In this document: in pieces, positions 26,764 through 37,013 of the stretch
How the letters are laid out: every line of letters starts with the position of its first letter
Position numbering within the stretch: the stretch's first letter is position 1
Assembly (NCBI GenBank): GCA_035358035.1
Contig: DAOPOS010000008.1
Coordinates: forward strand, 7,724-71,723
Direction: 5' to 3'
Source: Syntrophales bacterium
Lineage (GTDB): Bacteria; Desulfobacterota; Syntrophia; Syntrophales; UBA2251
Length of the DNA stretch: 64,000 nt
The notes under the pieces: generated by a model
What the model was told of the DNA's origin: nothing
Database searches by the model: none
Seen by the model: only the letters and a program-made list of their open reading frames with translations
Program-made: the position numbers and the translations under genes

Positions 26764-28026
26764 ATGACCTTGCCGTTTGTCCCGTCCCTCATCACGGCCG
26801 TCGCCCGGCGGGAATTTTCCCGGGCCATGCACTTCGAAGCGGGCCGGCCGGTGAACCTCCCCCCTTCGGACCGGTCCGCCCCCCGGCTGCTGTACCTCCA
26901 CATCCCCTTCTGCGAGCAGCTCTGCCCCTACTGTTCCTTCAACCGGGTGGCGTTCGAACCGGACCTGTGCCGGGCGTATTTTCGCGCCCTGCGGCGGGAG
27001 ATCCGCCTCTATGCCGAGCGCGGCTACGACTTCGGCGGGGTCTACGTCGGCGGAGGGACGCCGACGGTCCTGCCGGACGAGCTGGGCGAAACGCTGGCCC
27101 TGGCCCGCGCGTCCTTTGGCATTCGTGAAATATCGGTCGAAACGAATCCGAACCACCTGACGGACGAGACCCTGGCGCTCCTGAAGCACGCCGGGGTGAA
27201 CCGCCTGTCCGTGGGGGTGCAGAGTTTTCAGGATCCGCTCCTGAGGCAGATGGAGCGCTACGCGAAGTACGGGAGCGGCGAGGCCATCGGCCGCCGCCTG
27301 GGTCAGATCGCGGGGCGTTTCGATACGCTCAACGCGGACATGATCTTCAACTTTCCCTCCCAGACGCCGGAGATGCTCGCCGCGGACCTCGCCGTGATCC
27401 GGTCGCTCGGGGTGGACCAGGTCACCTGGTACCCGCTGATGGTCTCCGATGCCACGCGCCGGAAGGTGAGCCGGACCCTGGGGCGGGTCCGCTACGGCCG
27501 GGAGAGGCGCTATTACGCTGAAATCGTGAAGGGGCTTCTGCCGATGTACCGCCTGTCTTCGGCCTGGTGTTTTTCCCGCCAGCCGTCCCTGATCGACGAG
27601 TACATCGTCGATTACGCGGAGTACGCCGGTCTGGGCAGCGGTTCCATCGGCTATCTGGACGGGACCTGCTACGCCAACACCTTCCGGATTCCCGACTACA
27701 TCGCGCAGGTCGAGCGGGGCGAGATCCCCCTGTTCGCCGCCCGGGCCTTTTCCCGGCGCGACCGGATCCGGTACGACTTTCTCATGCAGCTGTTCGGGAT
27801 GACCCTGGATCTCCGGGGGCTCAAGAAGAAATACGGACCGGCGATCTGGCGGCACCTCTGGTTCCCCCTGCTCGCCTTCGGCGCGGCCGGCGGGCTGCGG
27901 TACCGCGCCCCGATCGTCCGCCTGACGGAGGCCGGACGTTACCTGTGGGTGATCATGATGCGGGAGTTTTTCATCGCCGTGAACAACTTCCGCGACGACT
28001 GCCGGGACGGGGCCGGTCCGGTCTGA
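26764..28026 (+). CDS. HemN-like class C radical SAM protein, probably menaquinone methyltransferase of the MenK/MqnK family
   Basis: LYLHIPFCEQLCPYCSFN, YVGGGTPT, and QVTWYPLM, which fits the QxTxYPL signature recalled for MenK/MqnK/MenK2. The HemW HNxxYW motif is absent. Confidence 0.7.
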   Translation: MTLPFVPSLITAVARREFSRAMHFEAGRPVNLPPSDRSAPRLLYLHIPFCEQLCPYCSFNRVAFEPDLCRAYFRALRREIRLYAERGYDFGGVYVGGGTPTVLPDELGETLALARASFGIREISVETNPNHLTDETLALLKHAGVNRLSVGVQSFQDPLLRQMERYAKYGSGEAIGRRLGQIAGRFDTLNADMIFNFPSQTPEMLAADLAVIRSLGVDQVTWYPLMVSDATRRKVSRTLGRVRYGRERRYYAEIVKGLLPMYRLSSAWCFSRQPSLIDEYIVDYAEYAGLGSGSIGYLDGTCYANTFRIPDYIAQVERGEIPLFAARAFSRRDRIRYDFLMQLFGMTLDLRGLKKKYGPAIWRHLWFPLLAFGAAGGLRYRAPIVRLTEAGRYLWVIMMREFFIAVNNFRDDCRDGAGPV

Positions 28027-28147
28027 GGGGCCGGTCCGTGTTTTGTATCTTTGCGGGTGCCGGAGACCTTGTCCTCCGTGCGGCGGGCGGACAGGTTGAG
28101 GAACCTTCAGGAAGCCATGAGTTGGCGATTCCGGGGATGGTGGCGCA

Positions 28148-29620
28148 ATGGATGAACGGAAGAAGGCGTTGTTGCGGGAGCTGCCCAAGATCGATGCGCT
28201 GATGCTCCTGCTCGAAGCGAAGGGTGCGCCCGCGCTGGCCCCGCGGGAGCTGATCCTTGAGACGTGCCGGGCGGTGGTGGCCGATCTGCGGACCAGGATC
28301 GTGGATGTCGAAGGGCCGGGCAGGACGTCGTCCGGGAAGCGCGGCGGACCGGAGGCCCTGCGCCTGCCTGTGCCGGAGGAGGTGGCCGCCCGGGTCGTGG
28401 CGCGCCTCGAAGACCTCCACCGCTACCGCCTCCGGCGGGTGATCAACGCGACCGGCGTCATCCTCCACACGAACCTGGGGCGGGCGCCCCTGTGCCCCGA
28501 GGCCGTCGAACGGATCGTCGCGGTCAGCCGGGGCTACAGCAACCTGGAATTCGACCTGGAGAAGGGGGAGCGGGGGCTTCGCTACGATCATGTCCGGGAG
28601 CGACTGTGCGCCCTGACGGGGGCCGAGGACGCCCTCGTCGTCAACAACAACGCGGCGGCGGTCCTGCTGGTTCTGAACACCCTGGCCTTCGGCCGGGAGG
28701 CCATCGTCTCCCGCGGGGAGCTCATCGAGATCGGCGGGGAGTTCCGGATTCCCGACGTCATGGAGAAGAGCGGCGGCCGGCTCCGGGAGGTGGGCACGAC
28801 GAACCGCACCCGCCTGGCCGACTACGAGCGGGCCATCGGGCCGGAGACGGCCCTGATCCTCAAGGTCCACACGAGCAATTTCCGGATCGTCGGCTTCACG
28901 GAAGAGGCGGACCTGGGCGAACTCGTCGCCCTCGGCAAACGCTCCGGTCTGCCCGTTCTGGACGATCTCGGGAGCGGCTGCCTGATCGGGCTGGCGCGTT
29001 TCGGCCTGGCGCACGAGCCGACGGTCCAGGAGGTCCTCGCGACGGGCGTCGACGTCGTCACGTTCAGCGGGGACAAGCTGCTGGGAGGCCCGCAGGCGGG
29101 GATCATCCTCGGAGGACGGGAGATCCTGGGGCGAATCAGGAAGAACCCCCTGAACCGGGCGCTCCGGATCGACAAGCTGACCCTGGCGGCCCTGGAGGCA
29201 ACGCTCGTCCACTATCTCGATCCGGACACGGCCCGTGAGCGGCTGCAGGTCCTGAAGGCCCTGACGGAGCCCCTGCCGGACGTGAAGAAGCGGGCGCACC
29301 GCCTGCTCCGGCTCCTGCGCCGGACGGGGCTGGAGGGTCTCGACGTCTCCCTCGAGGCGGGGGTGTCCATGACGGGCGGCGGTTCGCTGCCGACCCAGGA
29401 GATCCCGACGGCGCTCGTCGCCCTGAGACCCCGCTCCCTGTCCGCCGCCCGCCTGGAGGAGGGGCTGAGGCGCCTGCCGACGCCGGTGATCGCCCGTATC
29501 GCCGAGGATGCGGTTCTCCTCGACGTGCGGACCCTGATGGAGGAGGAGCTGGGCTGGATCCGCGATGGATTGAGAAGCCTTTTCCCCGTTCGGCCGCGCG
29601 AGCCGGGCATGAACCCCTGA
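28148..29620 (+). CDS. selA: L-seryl-tRNA(Sec) selenium transferase
   Basis: VINATGVILHTNLGRAPL, YSNLE, VVNNNAAAV, EVGTTNRT, PLP-Lys FSGDKLLGGPQAG, RALRIDKLTLAALE. Confidence 0.96.
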   Translation: MDERKKALLRELPKIDALMLLLEAKGAPALAPRELILETCRAVVADLRTRIVDVEGPGRTSSGKRGGPEALRLPVPEEVAARVVARLEDLHRYRLRRVINATGVILHTNLGRAPLCPEAVERIVAVSRGYSNLEFDLEKGERGLRYDHVRERLCALTGAEDALVVNNNAAAVLLVLNTLAFGREAIVSRGELIEIGGEFRIPDVMEKSGGRLREVGTTNRTRLADYERAIGPETALILKVHTSNFRIVGFTEEADLGELVALGKRSGLPVLDDLGSGCLIGLARFGLAHEPTVQEVLATGVDVVTFSGDKLLGGPQAGIILGGREILGRIRKNPLNRALRIDKLTLAALEATLVHYLDPDTARERLQVLKALTEPLPDVKKRAHRLLRLLRRTGLEGLDVSLEAGVSMTGGGSLPTQEIPTALVALRPRSLSAARLEEGLRRLPTPVIARIAEDAVLLDVRTLMEEELGWIRDGLRSLFPVRPREPGMNP

Positions 29621-29686
29621 CGCGTCGCGGGCGCGGCCGCCGTCGAAGCCGCCCCGGAGGGGCGGCGGCCCGCCGGGACCCACGCC

Positions 29687-30700
29687 ATGGATAAAGCCAT
29701 CGAGACCTGGACCGTTCCCCCGTCCCTGGACGGCGCCCGCCTGGACCTGTTCCTGACGGAGGCGTCGTCGCTGTCCCGTTCCCAGGTCAAGCGCCTCGTC
29801 GAGGGGGGGCGGGTCTCGATCGATGGCGCCGCCGCCCCGAAGGTCAGCCGGAAGCTGAAGGCCGGCGAGACCGTCGTCCTGCTCCGGCCCCCCGTCGCCG
29901 CGGCGGAGGCCCTCCCGGAGGACATTCCCCTGTCCATTCTCTATGAAGATGCACACCTGCTGGTCCTGGACAAGCCGGCGGGACTCGTGGTCCACCCGGC
30001 GCCCGGGCACGCCGGGGGGACCCTCGTGAACGCCGTTCTCCACCACTGCCGGGACCTCTCGGGGATCGGCGGGGTCCTGCGCCCCGGAATCGTCCACCGC
30101 CTGGACAAGGACACGTCCGGGGTCCTCGTCGTCGCCAAGTCGGACACGGCCCACGCGGGGCTGGTCAACCGGTTCAAGCGGCGCGAGATCGGCAAGACCT
30201 ACCTCGCGCTGGTTTGGGGCGTGCCCCGGGAAAACGCGGGCCGCATCGACCTGCCCGTTGGCCGCCATCCGCGGGAGCGCCAGCGGATGTCCGTCCGGAG
30301 CCGGCGGGGCAAGACGGCGGTGACGCACTGGCGGGTCGTCCGACGGTACGGGGCCGTGAGCCTCCTCGAGGTGTCCCTCGAGACCGGCCGGACCCATCAG
30401 ATCCGGGTGCATCTGAACGCCATCGGCCATCCCGTCGTCGGGGACCCCGTCTACGGCGGGGCCGGAAGGGTCCGGGGCGTGGCCGATCCGGTCCTCCGGT
30501 CCCGGCTCGTCGCGATGAAGCGCCAGGCCCTCCATGCGGCCCGCCTGGATTTCGTCCACCCCGTGACCGGGGTGCCCCTGAGCGTGACCGCGCCGCTTCC
30601 GCCGGACATGGCGGAGCTGACGGCGTTTCTGGAAAAGGACGCCTCGGGCGCCGCGCCCGAGGCGGGCAGCGGCGCCCCGCATCCGGGGGTCGCGCGATGA
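29687..30700 (+). CDS. rluD: RluA/RluD family 23S rRNA pseudouridine synthase
   Basis: N-terminal S4-like domain, DKPAGLVVHP, IVHRLDKDTSG, GRTHQIRVH, RQALHA. Confidence 0.93.
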   Translation: MDKAIETWTVPPSLDGARLDLFLTEASSLSRSQVKRLVEGGRVSIDGAAAPKVSRKLKAGETVVLLRPPVAAAEALPEDIPLSILYEDAHLLVLDKPAGLVVHPAPGHAGGTLVNAVLHHCRDLSGIGGVLRPGIVHRLDKDTSGVLVVAKSDTAHAGLVNRFKRREIGKTYLALVWGVPRENAGRIDLPVGRHPRERQRMSVRSRRGKTAVTHWRVVRRYGAVSLLEVSLETGRTHQIRVHLNAIGHPVVGDPVYGGAGRVRGVADPVLRSRLVAMKRQALHAARLDFVHPVTGVPLSVTAPLPPDMAELTAFLEKDASGAAPEAGSGAPHPGVAR

Positions 30701-31635
30701 GCCCCGCGCGGCGGGCGGCGGGCCCGGGCGCACCCGGGGAAGGATTCCGGATCCGGCGCCGCGGCGGTCTGAGCGTGTTCGAAGCCAATCTCCTGGCGGG
30801 GATCCCGTCCCTCCGGCACGCCTTCTCCACCCGCCGGGGCGGGAGCAGCGGCGGGTGCTTCTCCGGCCTCAACTTCAGCTTCCACCAGGGGGACGAGGCG
30901 GAACACGTCCGGGCGAACTGGGCGGCCCTGTCCCGGGCCTTCGGGATCGCGCCGGAGCGCCTCCTGACCGTCCGCCAGGTGCACGGCAACCGGATCTGGA
31001 TGCTCGACGAGGCGGAACCGGTGCCGGTGTCCGGCGGCGGAGAGGCCGGGGAAGACGCGCCCCAATGTGATGCGATCGTCACCAGCCGGCCGGGGATCGC
31101 CATCGGCGTCAAGACGGCGGATTGCGTGCCGGTCCTGATCGCGGACCCGGTCCGGCGGGTGATCGCGGCCGTCCATGCCGGCTGGCAGGGGACGGCCCGG
31201 CGCATCGTGGAACAGGTCTGCGCCGCGCTCGAGGCGCGGTTTGCCTGCCGGAGGGAGGACCTCCTCGCCGCCATCGGTCCGGCCATCGGTCCGTGCTGCT
31301 ACGAGGTGGACGACCGCGTCCGGGAGGCGATGGCCGGTCTTCCCGGGTTTGAGCGGATCTTCTCCCCCGGGGAGACGCCGGGGCGCTGGCAGCTCGATCT
31401 CGCCCTGGCCAACCGGTTGCAGCTCTGGAGTGCGGGCGTGCCGGCGTCGCGGGTGGCGGCGGCGAACCTGTGCACCGCCTGCCGGCCGGACCTTTTCTTC
31501 TCGCACCGCGGCAGCGGCGGAAAAACCGGGCGGCACTTCAATTTTCTCCTGTTGGACGGGGAACCGGGCGAAGGGTCCGGATCCCCCGGCGGGGGGCCTT
31601 CCCGCGGAAACGGGAATCCGGCGGCGAAACGGTGA
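30697..31635 (+). CDS. pgeF: Peptidoglycan editing factor PgeF/YfiH (purine nucleoside phosphorylase-like)
   Basis: ATGA overlap with rluD; HAFSTRRGG, QVHG, TADCVPVL, HAGWQG, IGPAIGPCCYEV, FFSHR. Confidence 0.92.
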   Translation: MSPARRAAGPGAPGEGFRIRRRGGLSVFEANLLAGIPSLRHAFSTRRGGSSGGCFSGLNFSFHQGDEAEHVRANWAALSRAFGIAPERLLTVRQVHGNRIWMLDEAEPVPVSGGGEAGEDAPQCDAIVTSRPGIAIGVKTADCVPVLIADPVRRVIAAVHAGWQGTARRIVEQVCAALEARFACRREDLLAAIGPAIGPCCYEVDDRVREAMAGLPGFERIFSPGETPGRWQLDLALANRLQLWSAGVPASRVAAANLCTACRPDLFFSHRGSGGKTGRHFNFLLLDGEPGEGSGSPGGGPSRGNGNPAAKR

Positions 31636-31689
31636 ACGGGATGTCCGCCGGATCGGCCGGAGCGGACATGGGGCCGCCTGAAAAAAATC

Positions 31690-31718
31690 TTGACACGACC
31701 GGGGGCATGGGGTAAGGG
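31690..31718 (+). promoter_or_regulatory. Possible sigma70 promoter upstream of rho
   Basis: TTGACA (31690-31695) after an A-tract, 17 nt, weak -10 TAAGGG. Confidence 0.45.
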
Positions 31719-31940
31719 AAGCTCAACTTTGAACGGTTGGTGCGAAGTCCTTCCCTCATGGAATAATCCCAGAATTCGCGTTGGCAACCCGGTTCCATCC
31801 CAGATCTTCCATATGATTTCTTTGCATTGAGTATGATGGCCGCCGTGTCGCTGTGTTTCAGCGCGTGGGGCGGTGCCGGAAACAGCGGGGAAAGACCATC
31901 CTGACGGGAAGGGCAATTTGACAATGAAGAAGGAATCTGT

Positions 31941-33188
31941 ATGAACATCGATGAAATCAAGCGTTTGCCGATCAGCCAGTTGACCGACATGGCCAAGGAC
32001 TTCAACGTCCCCGGGGCCGGGGGGCTCAGGCGTCAGGACCTCATTTTCGCCATCCTCCAGGCCGAGGCGGAGAAGAACGGCGTCATCTACGGGGCGGGTG
32101 TCCTCGAGATCCTTCCCGACGGCTTCGGGTTTCTTAGGGCCGTGGATTACAATTATCTGCCGAGCCCCGACGACATCTACATCTCGCCCTCGCAGATCCG
32201 CCGCTTCAGCCTCCGCACGGGCGATACGATCTCCGGCGAGGTCCGGCCGCCCAAGGAGGGGGAGAAGTATTTCGCCCTCCTCAAGGTGGACACGGTCAAT
32301 TTCGAGAGCCCCGAGACCGCGCGCGACAAGATCCTGTTCGACAACCTGACGCCCCTCTACCCCCAGGAGAAGCTGAACCTGGAATCGAATCCGGAGAATT
32401 ACTCCACCCGCGTCATGGACCTGTTCACGCCGATCGGCAAGGGGCAGCGCGGCCTGATCGTTTCGCCCCCGCGGGCCGGCAAGACGGTGCTCCTGCAGGA
32501 CATCGCCCACAGCATCTCCGCCAACCACAAGGAAGTCACCCTGATGGTGCTCCTGATCGACGAGCGGCCCGAAGAGGTGACGGACATGCAACGCAGCGTC
32601 CAGGGGGAGGTCATCTCCTCCACCTTCGACGAGCCCGCCTCGCGCCACGTGCAGGTCGCCGAGATGGTCATCGAGAAGGCCAAGCGCCTGGTCGAGCACA
32701 AGAAAGACGTCGTGATCCTCCTGGACAGCATCACCCGGCTGGCCCGGGCCTACAACACCGTCGTTCCCCCCAGCGGCAAGGTCCTCTCCGGCGGCGTCGA
32801 CTCCAACGCCCTGCACAAACCGAAGCGCTTCTTCGGGGCGGCGCGCAACATCGAGAACGGCGGCAGCCTGACCATCATCTCCACGGCCCTGATCGATACG
32901 GGGAGCCGGATGGACGAGGTCATCTTCGAGGAGTTCAAGGGCACGGGCAACATGGAACTGCACCTGGACCGCCGGATTGCCGACCGGCGCGTGTTCCCGG
33001 CTTTCGACCTGATCCGTTCCGGAACGCGGAAGGAGGAGCTTCTGACCGCGAAGGCCAACCTGAACCGCGTCTGGATCCTGAGGCGCCTCCTCCAGGAGAT
33101 GAACCCCGTCGACGCGATCGAATTCATCGTGGACAAGGTCCGCAAGACCCAGTCGAACCAGGAGTTCCTGGATTCCATGAACCAGTAA
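31941..33188 (+). CDS. rho: Transcription termination factor Rho
   Basis: [69 protein letters not shown]. Confidence 0.98.
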   Translation: MNIDEIKRLPISQLTDMAKDFNVPGAGGLRRQDLIFAILQAEAEKNGVIYGAGVLEILPDGFGFLRAVDYNYLPSPDDIYISPSQIRRFSLRTGDTISGEVRPPKEGEKYFALLKVDTVNFESPETARDKILFDNLTPLYPQEKLNLESNPENYSTRVMDLFTPIGKGQRGLIVSPPRAGKTVLLQDIAHSISANHKEVTLMVLLIDERPEEVTDMQRSVQGEVISSTFDEPASRHVQVAEMVIEKAKRLVEHKKDVVILLDSITRLARAYNTVVPPSGKVLSGGVDSNALHKPKRFFGAARNIENGGSLTIISTALIDTGSRMDEVIFEEFKGTGNMELHLDRRIADRRVFPAFDLIRSGTRKEELLTAKANLNRVWILRRLLQEMNPVDAIEFIVDKVRKTQSNQEFLDSMNQ

Positions 33189-33209
33189 GGGCCAAGACGA
33201 CAAAAAGAC

Positions 33210-33237
33210 TTGTATTTTTTTTCGAGATGGCTATAAT
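33210..33237 (+). promoter_or_regulatory. sigma70 promoter of rpmE
   Basis: TTGTAT (33210-33215), 16 nt, TATAAT (33232-33237). Confidence 0.7.
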
Positions 33238-33320
33238 GCGCCCCCTGTCAACGCACGGGGCGGCGAGACGTTCGGCCCCGGGGCGGGGACCATCGGGAAG
33301 AAGGAGGCTGGCAGACAGTC

Positions 33321-33533
33321 ATGAAGGAAGGGATTCATCCGGACTATCAGGCAACGACCATTACCTGCGTTTGCGGGAATGTCATCGAAACGCGGTCCAC
33401 GAAGAAGGACATCAAGATCGAAATTTGCTCCCAGTGCCATCCGTTCATGACGGGAAAGCAGAAGATCGTCGACACGGAAGGCCGCGTGGAGAGGTTCAAG
33501 AAGAAATACGCCGGCACGGGCGGGAAGAAATAA
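33321..33533 (+). CDS. rpmE: 50S ribosomal protein L31, zinc-binding type
   Basis: [13 protein letters not shown]...[23 protein letters not shown]. Confidence 0.97.
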   Translation: MKEGIHPDYQATTITCVCGNVIETRSTKKDIKIEICSQCHPFMTGKQKIVDTEGRVERFKKKYAGTGGKK

Positions 33534-33658
33534 TCCGCTGCCCCGTGCGGGGGCCGAAACGACCACCCGTTGCCCCCGATCGGAACGAATCTCAGGAAAG
33601 GCGCGGTGAAGGCGCATTGTTACGGCCCTATCCGGTGTGCACCCTTTCGACGGCACCC

Positions 33659-33696
33659 CCGCCCCGCCCGGACGATCCGGGCGGGCGGTTTCTCTT
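33659..33696 (+). terminator. Intrinsic terminator-like hairpin downstream of rpmE
   Basis: CCCGCCCGGA-CGA-TCCGGGCGGG 10-bp stem (33663-33685) followed by CGGTTTCTCTT. Confidence 0.55.
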
Positions 33697-33838
33697 GACC
33701 CCGGCGTTGCATTCCATCCCGACATCTTTTCTTCGGCGTGCCCGGAAGCGTCTGCGCTCCGGCCTTGCCGGATAGGGCGGGCGTTTGCGCGGGACCGGTT
33801 CCGACCGGTGCCGTCCGGATGCGCCGCAGGTTACGGTC

Positions 33839-34909
33839 ATGTTCAAACGGATCAAGGAGATTGAAAGCCGCTACGAGGAGCTTGAGCGTCTGCTGAGCGA
33901 TCCGGAGGTCATCGCGAAACAGGCCGCCTACCAGCGCTTCGCCAAGGAGCACGCGGATCTGCGCGAACTCGTGGAAACCTTCCGCCTCTATGAGAAAACG
34001 GAGGCCCAGATCCGTGAGGATCAGGAGCTTCTGAGGGGCCCGGATGAGGACATCCGCGAGATGGCGAAGGAGGAGCTCCCCGTCCTGAAGGAGGCCCTGG
34101 ACGGACTGGAGGAGCGCCTGAAGCGGCTCCTGCTGCCGAAGGACCCCAACGACGAGAGGAACGTTTTCCTCGAAATCCGGGCCGGGACCGGCGGCGACGA
34201 GGCGGGGCTTTTCGTCGGCGATCTCTTCCGGATGTACGCGCGGTTCGCCGAGCGCAACCGCTGGAGGATCGAGGTCGTCAGCAGCACGCCGGCCGGCGGC
34301 ATGGGCGGTTTCAAGGAGATCATCGCCCTCATCACGGGGGCGGGCGCCTACAGCCGGATGAAGTACGAGGGCGGGGTCCACCGGGTCCAGCGCGTGCCCG
34401 TCACCGAGGCCCAGGGGAGGATTCACACGTCGGCCGTCACCGTGGCCATCCTGCCGGAGGCGGAGGAGGTGGAGGTTCAGATCGATCCCAACGATCTGAG
34501 GATCGACGTGTACCATTCCAGCGGTCACGGCGGGCAGAGCGTCAACACCACGGATTCCGCCGTCCGGATCACCCACCTGCCGACGGGACTCGTCGTCACC
34601 TGCCAGGACGAGAAATCCCAGCTCAAGAACAAGGCCAAGGCGATGAAGGTGCTCCGCGCGCGGCTCCTGGACGGCATGGTGACCCGGCAAAACGCGGAGA
34701 TCTCCGAGGCCCGGAAGATCATGGTGGGCAGCGGGGACCGGAGCGAACGCATCCGGACCTACAATTACCCGCAGGGGCGGGTGTCGGATCACCGGATCGG
34801 CCTGACCCTCTACAACCTGGAGGGCTTTCTGGACGGGGACATCGAGGAGGTGCTCGAGGCCCTGAACACCCATTACCAGACGGAAGCCCTCAAACAGTCC
34901 GCAGGCTGA
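33839..34909 (+). CDS. prfA: Peptide chain release factor 1
   Basis: [14 protein letters not shown] anticodon-mimic (VPVTEAQG), GGQ motif, [12 protein letters not shown]. Confidence 0.97.
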   Translation: MFKRIKEIESRYEELERLLSDPEVIAKQAAYQRFAKEHADLRELVETFRLYEKTEAQIREDQELLRGPDEDIREMAKEELPVLKEALDGLEERLKRLLLPKDPNDERNVFLEIRAGTGGDEAGLFVGDLFRMYARFAERNRWRIEVVSSTPAGGMGGFKEIIALITGAGAYSRMKYEGGVHRVQRVPVTEAQGRIHTSAVTVAILPEAEEVEVQIDPNDLRIDVYHSSGHGGQSVNTTDSAVRITHLPTGLVVTCQDEKSQLKNKAKAMKVLRARLLDGMVTRQNAEISEARKIMVGSGDRSERIRTYNYPQGRVSDHRIGLTLYNLEGFLDGDIEEVLEALNTHYQTEALKQSAG

Positions 34910-34914
34910 CGAAC

Positions 34915-35757
34915 ATGAACATTCGCGGGCTCATCGACCGGACCGCCCGGACCTTCGCGCAGGAAGGCCTCCCGACGCCCCGCCTGGACGCCGAGGTGCT
35001 CCTTGCCGCCTGTCTGCAGACGGACCGGAGCGAATTTTACATTCATCCCGAGCGGGAGGTGCCGCCCGATCGCCGCCGCCGCTTTGACCGCTGGGTCGGC
35101 CGCCGCCGCCGGGGACAGCCGGTGGCCTACATCACGGGCGAGAAGGAGTTCTGGTCGCTGCCGCTGGCGGTGGGCCCGAAGGTCCTCGTGCCGCGGCCGG
35201 AGACGGAGATCCTGGTGGAAGAGGCGCTGCGCCTGGCCCCGTTCCTGCCGGCGGAACCGTGGATTCTGGAAGTCGGTGTCGGCAGCGGCGCCGTCAGCAT
35301 CGCCCTGGCGACGGAGCTGCCGCGCGCCCGGATCGCGGCCACGGACATTTCCCCGGCCGCCCTCGCCCTGGCGCGCATCAACGCCCGGCGCCACGGCGTC
35401 GAGGGCCGTATCTCCCTGATGGCGGGGGATCTGTTCGAACCGGTGCGGGGACCGTTCGACCTCGTCGTCTCCAATCCGCCCTATATCGCGGAGGGGGCGT
35501 ACGACGGCCTGCCGGTGGAGGTCCGCTGCGAACCGCGGCTCGCCCTGATCGCCGGGCCGGACGGGATGGACGTGCTCCGCCGCCTGATCGCGGACGGGGG
35601 GCGGTACCTGAGGGCGGGCGGCTGGCTCTGCCTGGAGATGGGCGAGGGACAGGGTGAACGTCTGACCGCCGCCTTGGAGAAGACGGGATACACGGACATC
35701 GTCCGGAGGAAGGACTACGGCGGGAGGGAACGGGTCATCCGGGCCCGATGGAGGTGA
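34915..35757 (+). CDS. prmC: Release factor glutamine methyltransferase
   Basis: [27 protein letters not shown]; follows prfA. Confidence 0.95.
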   Translation: MNIRGLIDRTARTFAQEGLPTPRLDAEVLLAACLQTDRSEFYIHPEREVPPDRRRRFDRWVGRRRRGQPVAYITGEKEFWSLPLAVGPKVLVPRPETEILVEEALRLAPFLPAEPWILEVGVGSGAVSIALATELPRARIAATDISPAALALARINARRHGVEGRISLMAGDLFEPVRGPFDLVVSNPPYIAEGAYDGLPVEVRCEPRLALIAGPDGMDVLRRLIADGGRYLRAGGWLCLEMGEGQGERLTAALEKTGYTDIVRRKDYGGRERVIRARWR

Positions 35758-35761
35758 GGGG

Positions 35762-37012
35762 TTGGACAAGATCGTCATCGAAGGGGGCCGCCGGCTCGAA
35801 GGGGAGGTCCGGATCAGCGGGGCGAAGAACGCCGCCCTGCCCATCCTCATCTCCGCGCTCCTGACGGAAGGCCCGAACACCTTTCGCAACGTTCCGGATC
35901 TCGTGGACATCAAGACGGTCAAGAAATTGCTGGCGAGTTTCGGCGTGCGGATGGAGGGGGGAGAAACGCTTTCCCTCGACGCGACCCACCTCACCCGCTG
36001 CGAGGCCTCCTACGACCTGGTCCGGACCATGCGGGCGTCGATCCTCGTCCTGGGGCCGCTGGTTGCGCGGCTGGGCGAAGCCCGGGTGTCTCTGCCGGGC
36101 GGATGCGCCATCGGGGCCCGTCCGGTGAATCTGCACATCAAGGCGCTCCAGGAAATGGGCGCGGAGGTCGAGCTCCGGGACGGCTACGTGGAGGCCCGCT
36201 GCCCCCGCCTGAACGGGGCGGAGATCTACTTCGACATCTCCACGGTGACGGGAACGGAAAACATCCTGATGGCGGCCTGCCTGGCCCGGGGAACGACGGT
36301 TTTGAAAAACGCCGCCCGGGAGCCGGAGATCGTGAACCTGGCGCAGGTCCTGACGGGCATGGGCGCCCGGATCGACGGGGCGGGAACGGACGAGATCCGC
36401 ATCGAGGGGGTGGAGCGGCTCCATCCCGTCGAGGCGGCGGTGATCCCGGACCGGATCGAGGCGGGCACGTTCATGATCGCCGCCGGCATGACGGGGGGCA
36501 ACATCCGCCTGACCGGTTGCGACCCGACGCACCTGGATGCCCTGATCACGAAGCTCCGCGACACGGGCATGTCCATTGTGCCGCTGGCCGACGGACTTCA
36601 GGCGGTCGGCGCGGCCCGGATCCGGAGCGTCGACATCACGACCCTGCCGTACCCGGGATTTCCCACCGACCTGCAGGCGCAGATGATGGCCTACATGACG
36701 GCCGCCTCGGGACTCAGCGTCATCACGGAAACCGTTTTCGAAAACCGTTTCATGCACGTGAGCGAACTGCTCCGCATGGGGGCGGACATCCAGATCCAGG
36801 GCAACAGCGCGGTGGTCAAGGGGACGCCCGGCCTCCGGGGCGCCAAGGTGATGGCCACGGACCTGCGGGCCTCGGCCTCCCTGATCCTGGCCGGACTCAT
36901 GGCCGAGGGCCGGACGGAGCTCCTGCGGGTCTACCACATCGATCGCGGCTATCAGCAGATCGAAAAGAAATTCTCCGCGCTCGGGGCGGATATCAGGAGG
37001 GTGCGGGCTTGA
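35762..37012 (+). CDS. murA: UDP-N-acetylglucosamine 1-carboxyvinyltransferase
   Basis: [31 protein letters not shown] (active Cys), [23 protein letters not shown]. Confidence 0.97.
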   Translation: MDKIVIEGGRRLEGEVRISGAKNAALPILISALLTEGPNTFRNVPDLVDIKTVKKLLASFGVRMEGGETLSLDATHLTRCEASYDLVRTMRASILVLGPLVARLGEARVSLPGGCAIGARPVNLHIKALQEMGAEVELRDGYVEARCPRLNGAEIYFDISTVTGTENILMAACLARGTTVLKNAAREPEIVNLAQVLTGMGARIDGAGTDEIRIEGVERLHPVEAAVIPDRIEAGTFMIAAGMTGGNIRLTGCDPTHLDALITKLRDTGMSIVPLADGLQAVGAARIRSVDITTLPYPGFPTDLQAQMMAYMTAASGLSVITETVFENRFMHVSELLRMGADIQIQGNSAVVKGTPGLRGAKVMATDLRASASLILAGLMAEGRTELLRVYHIDRGYQQIEKKFSALGADIRRVRA

Positions 37013-37013
37013 C

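Noticed and set aside
33560-33620. AATCTCAGG...GAAGGCGCA resembling glycine-riboswitch fragments
   Set aside because: Fragments are incomplete and out of order, the GGAGA element is missing, and the context (prfA) does not fit.
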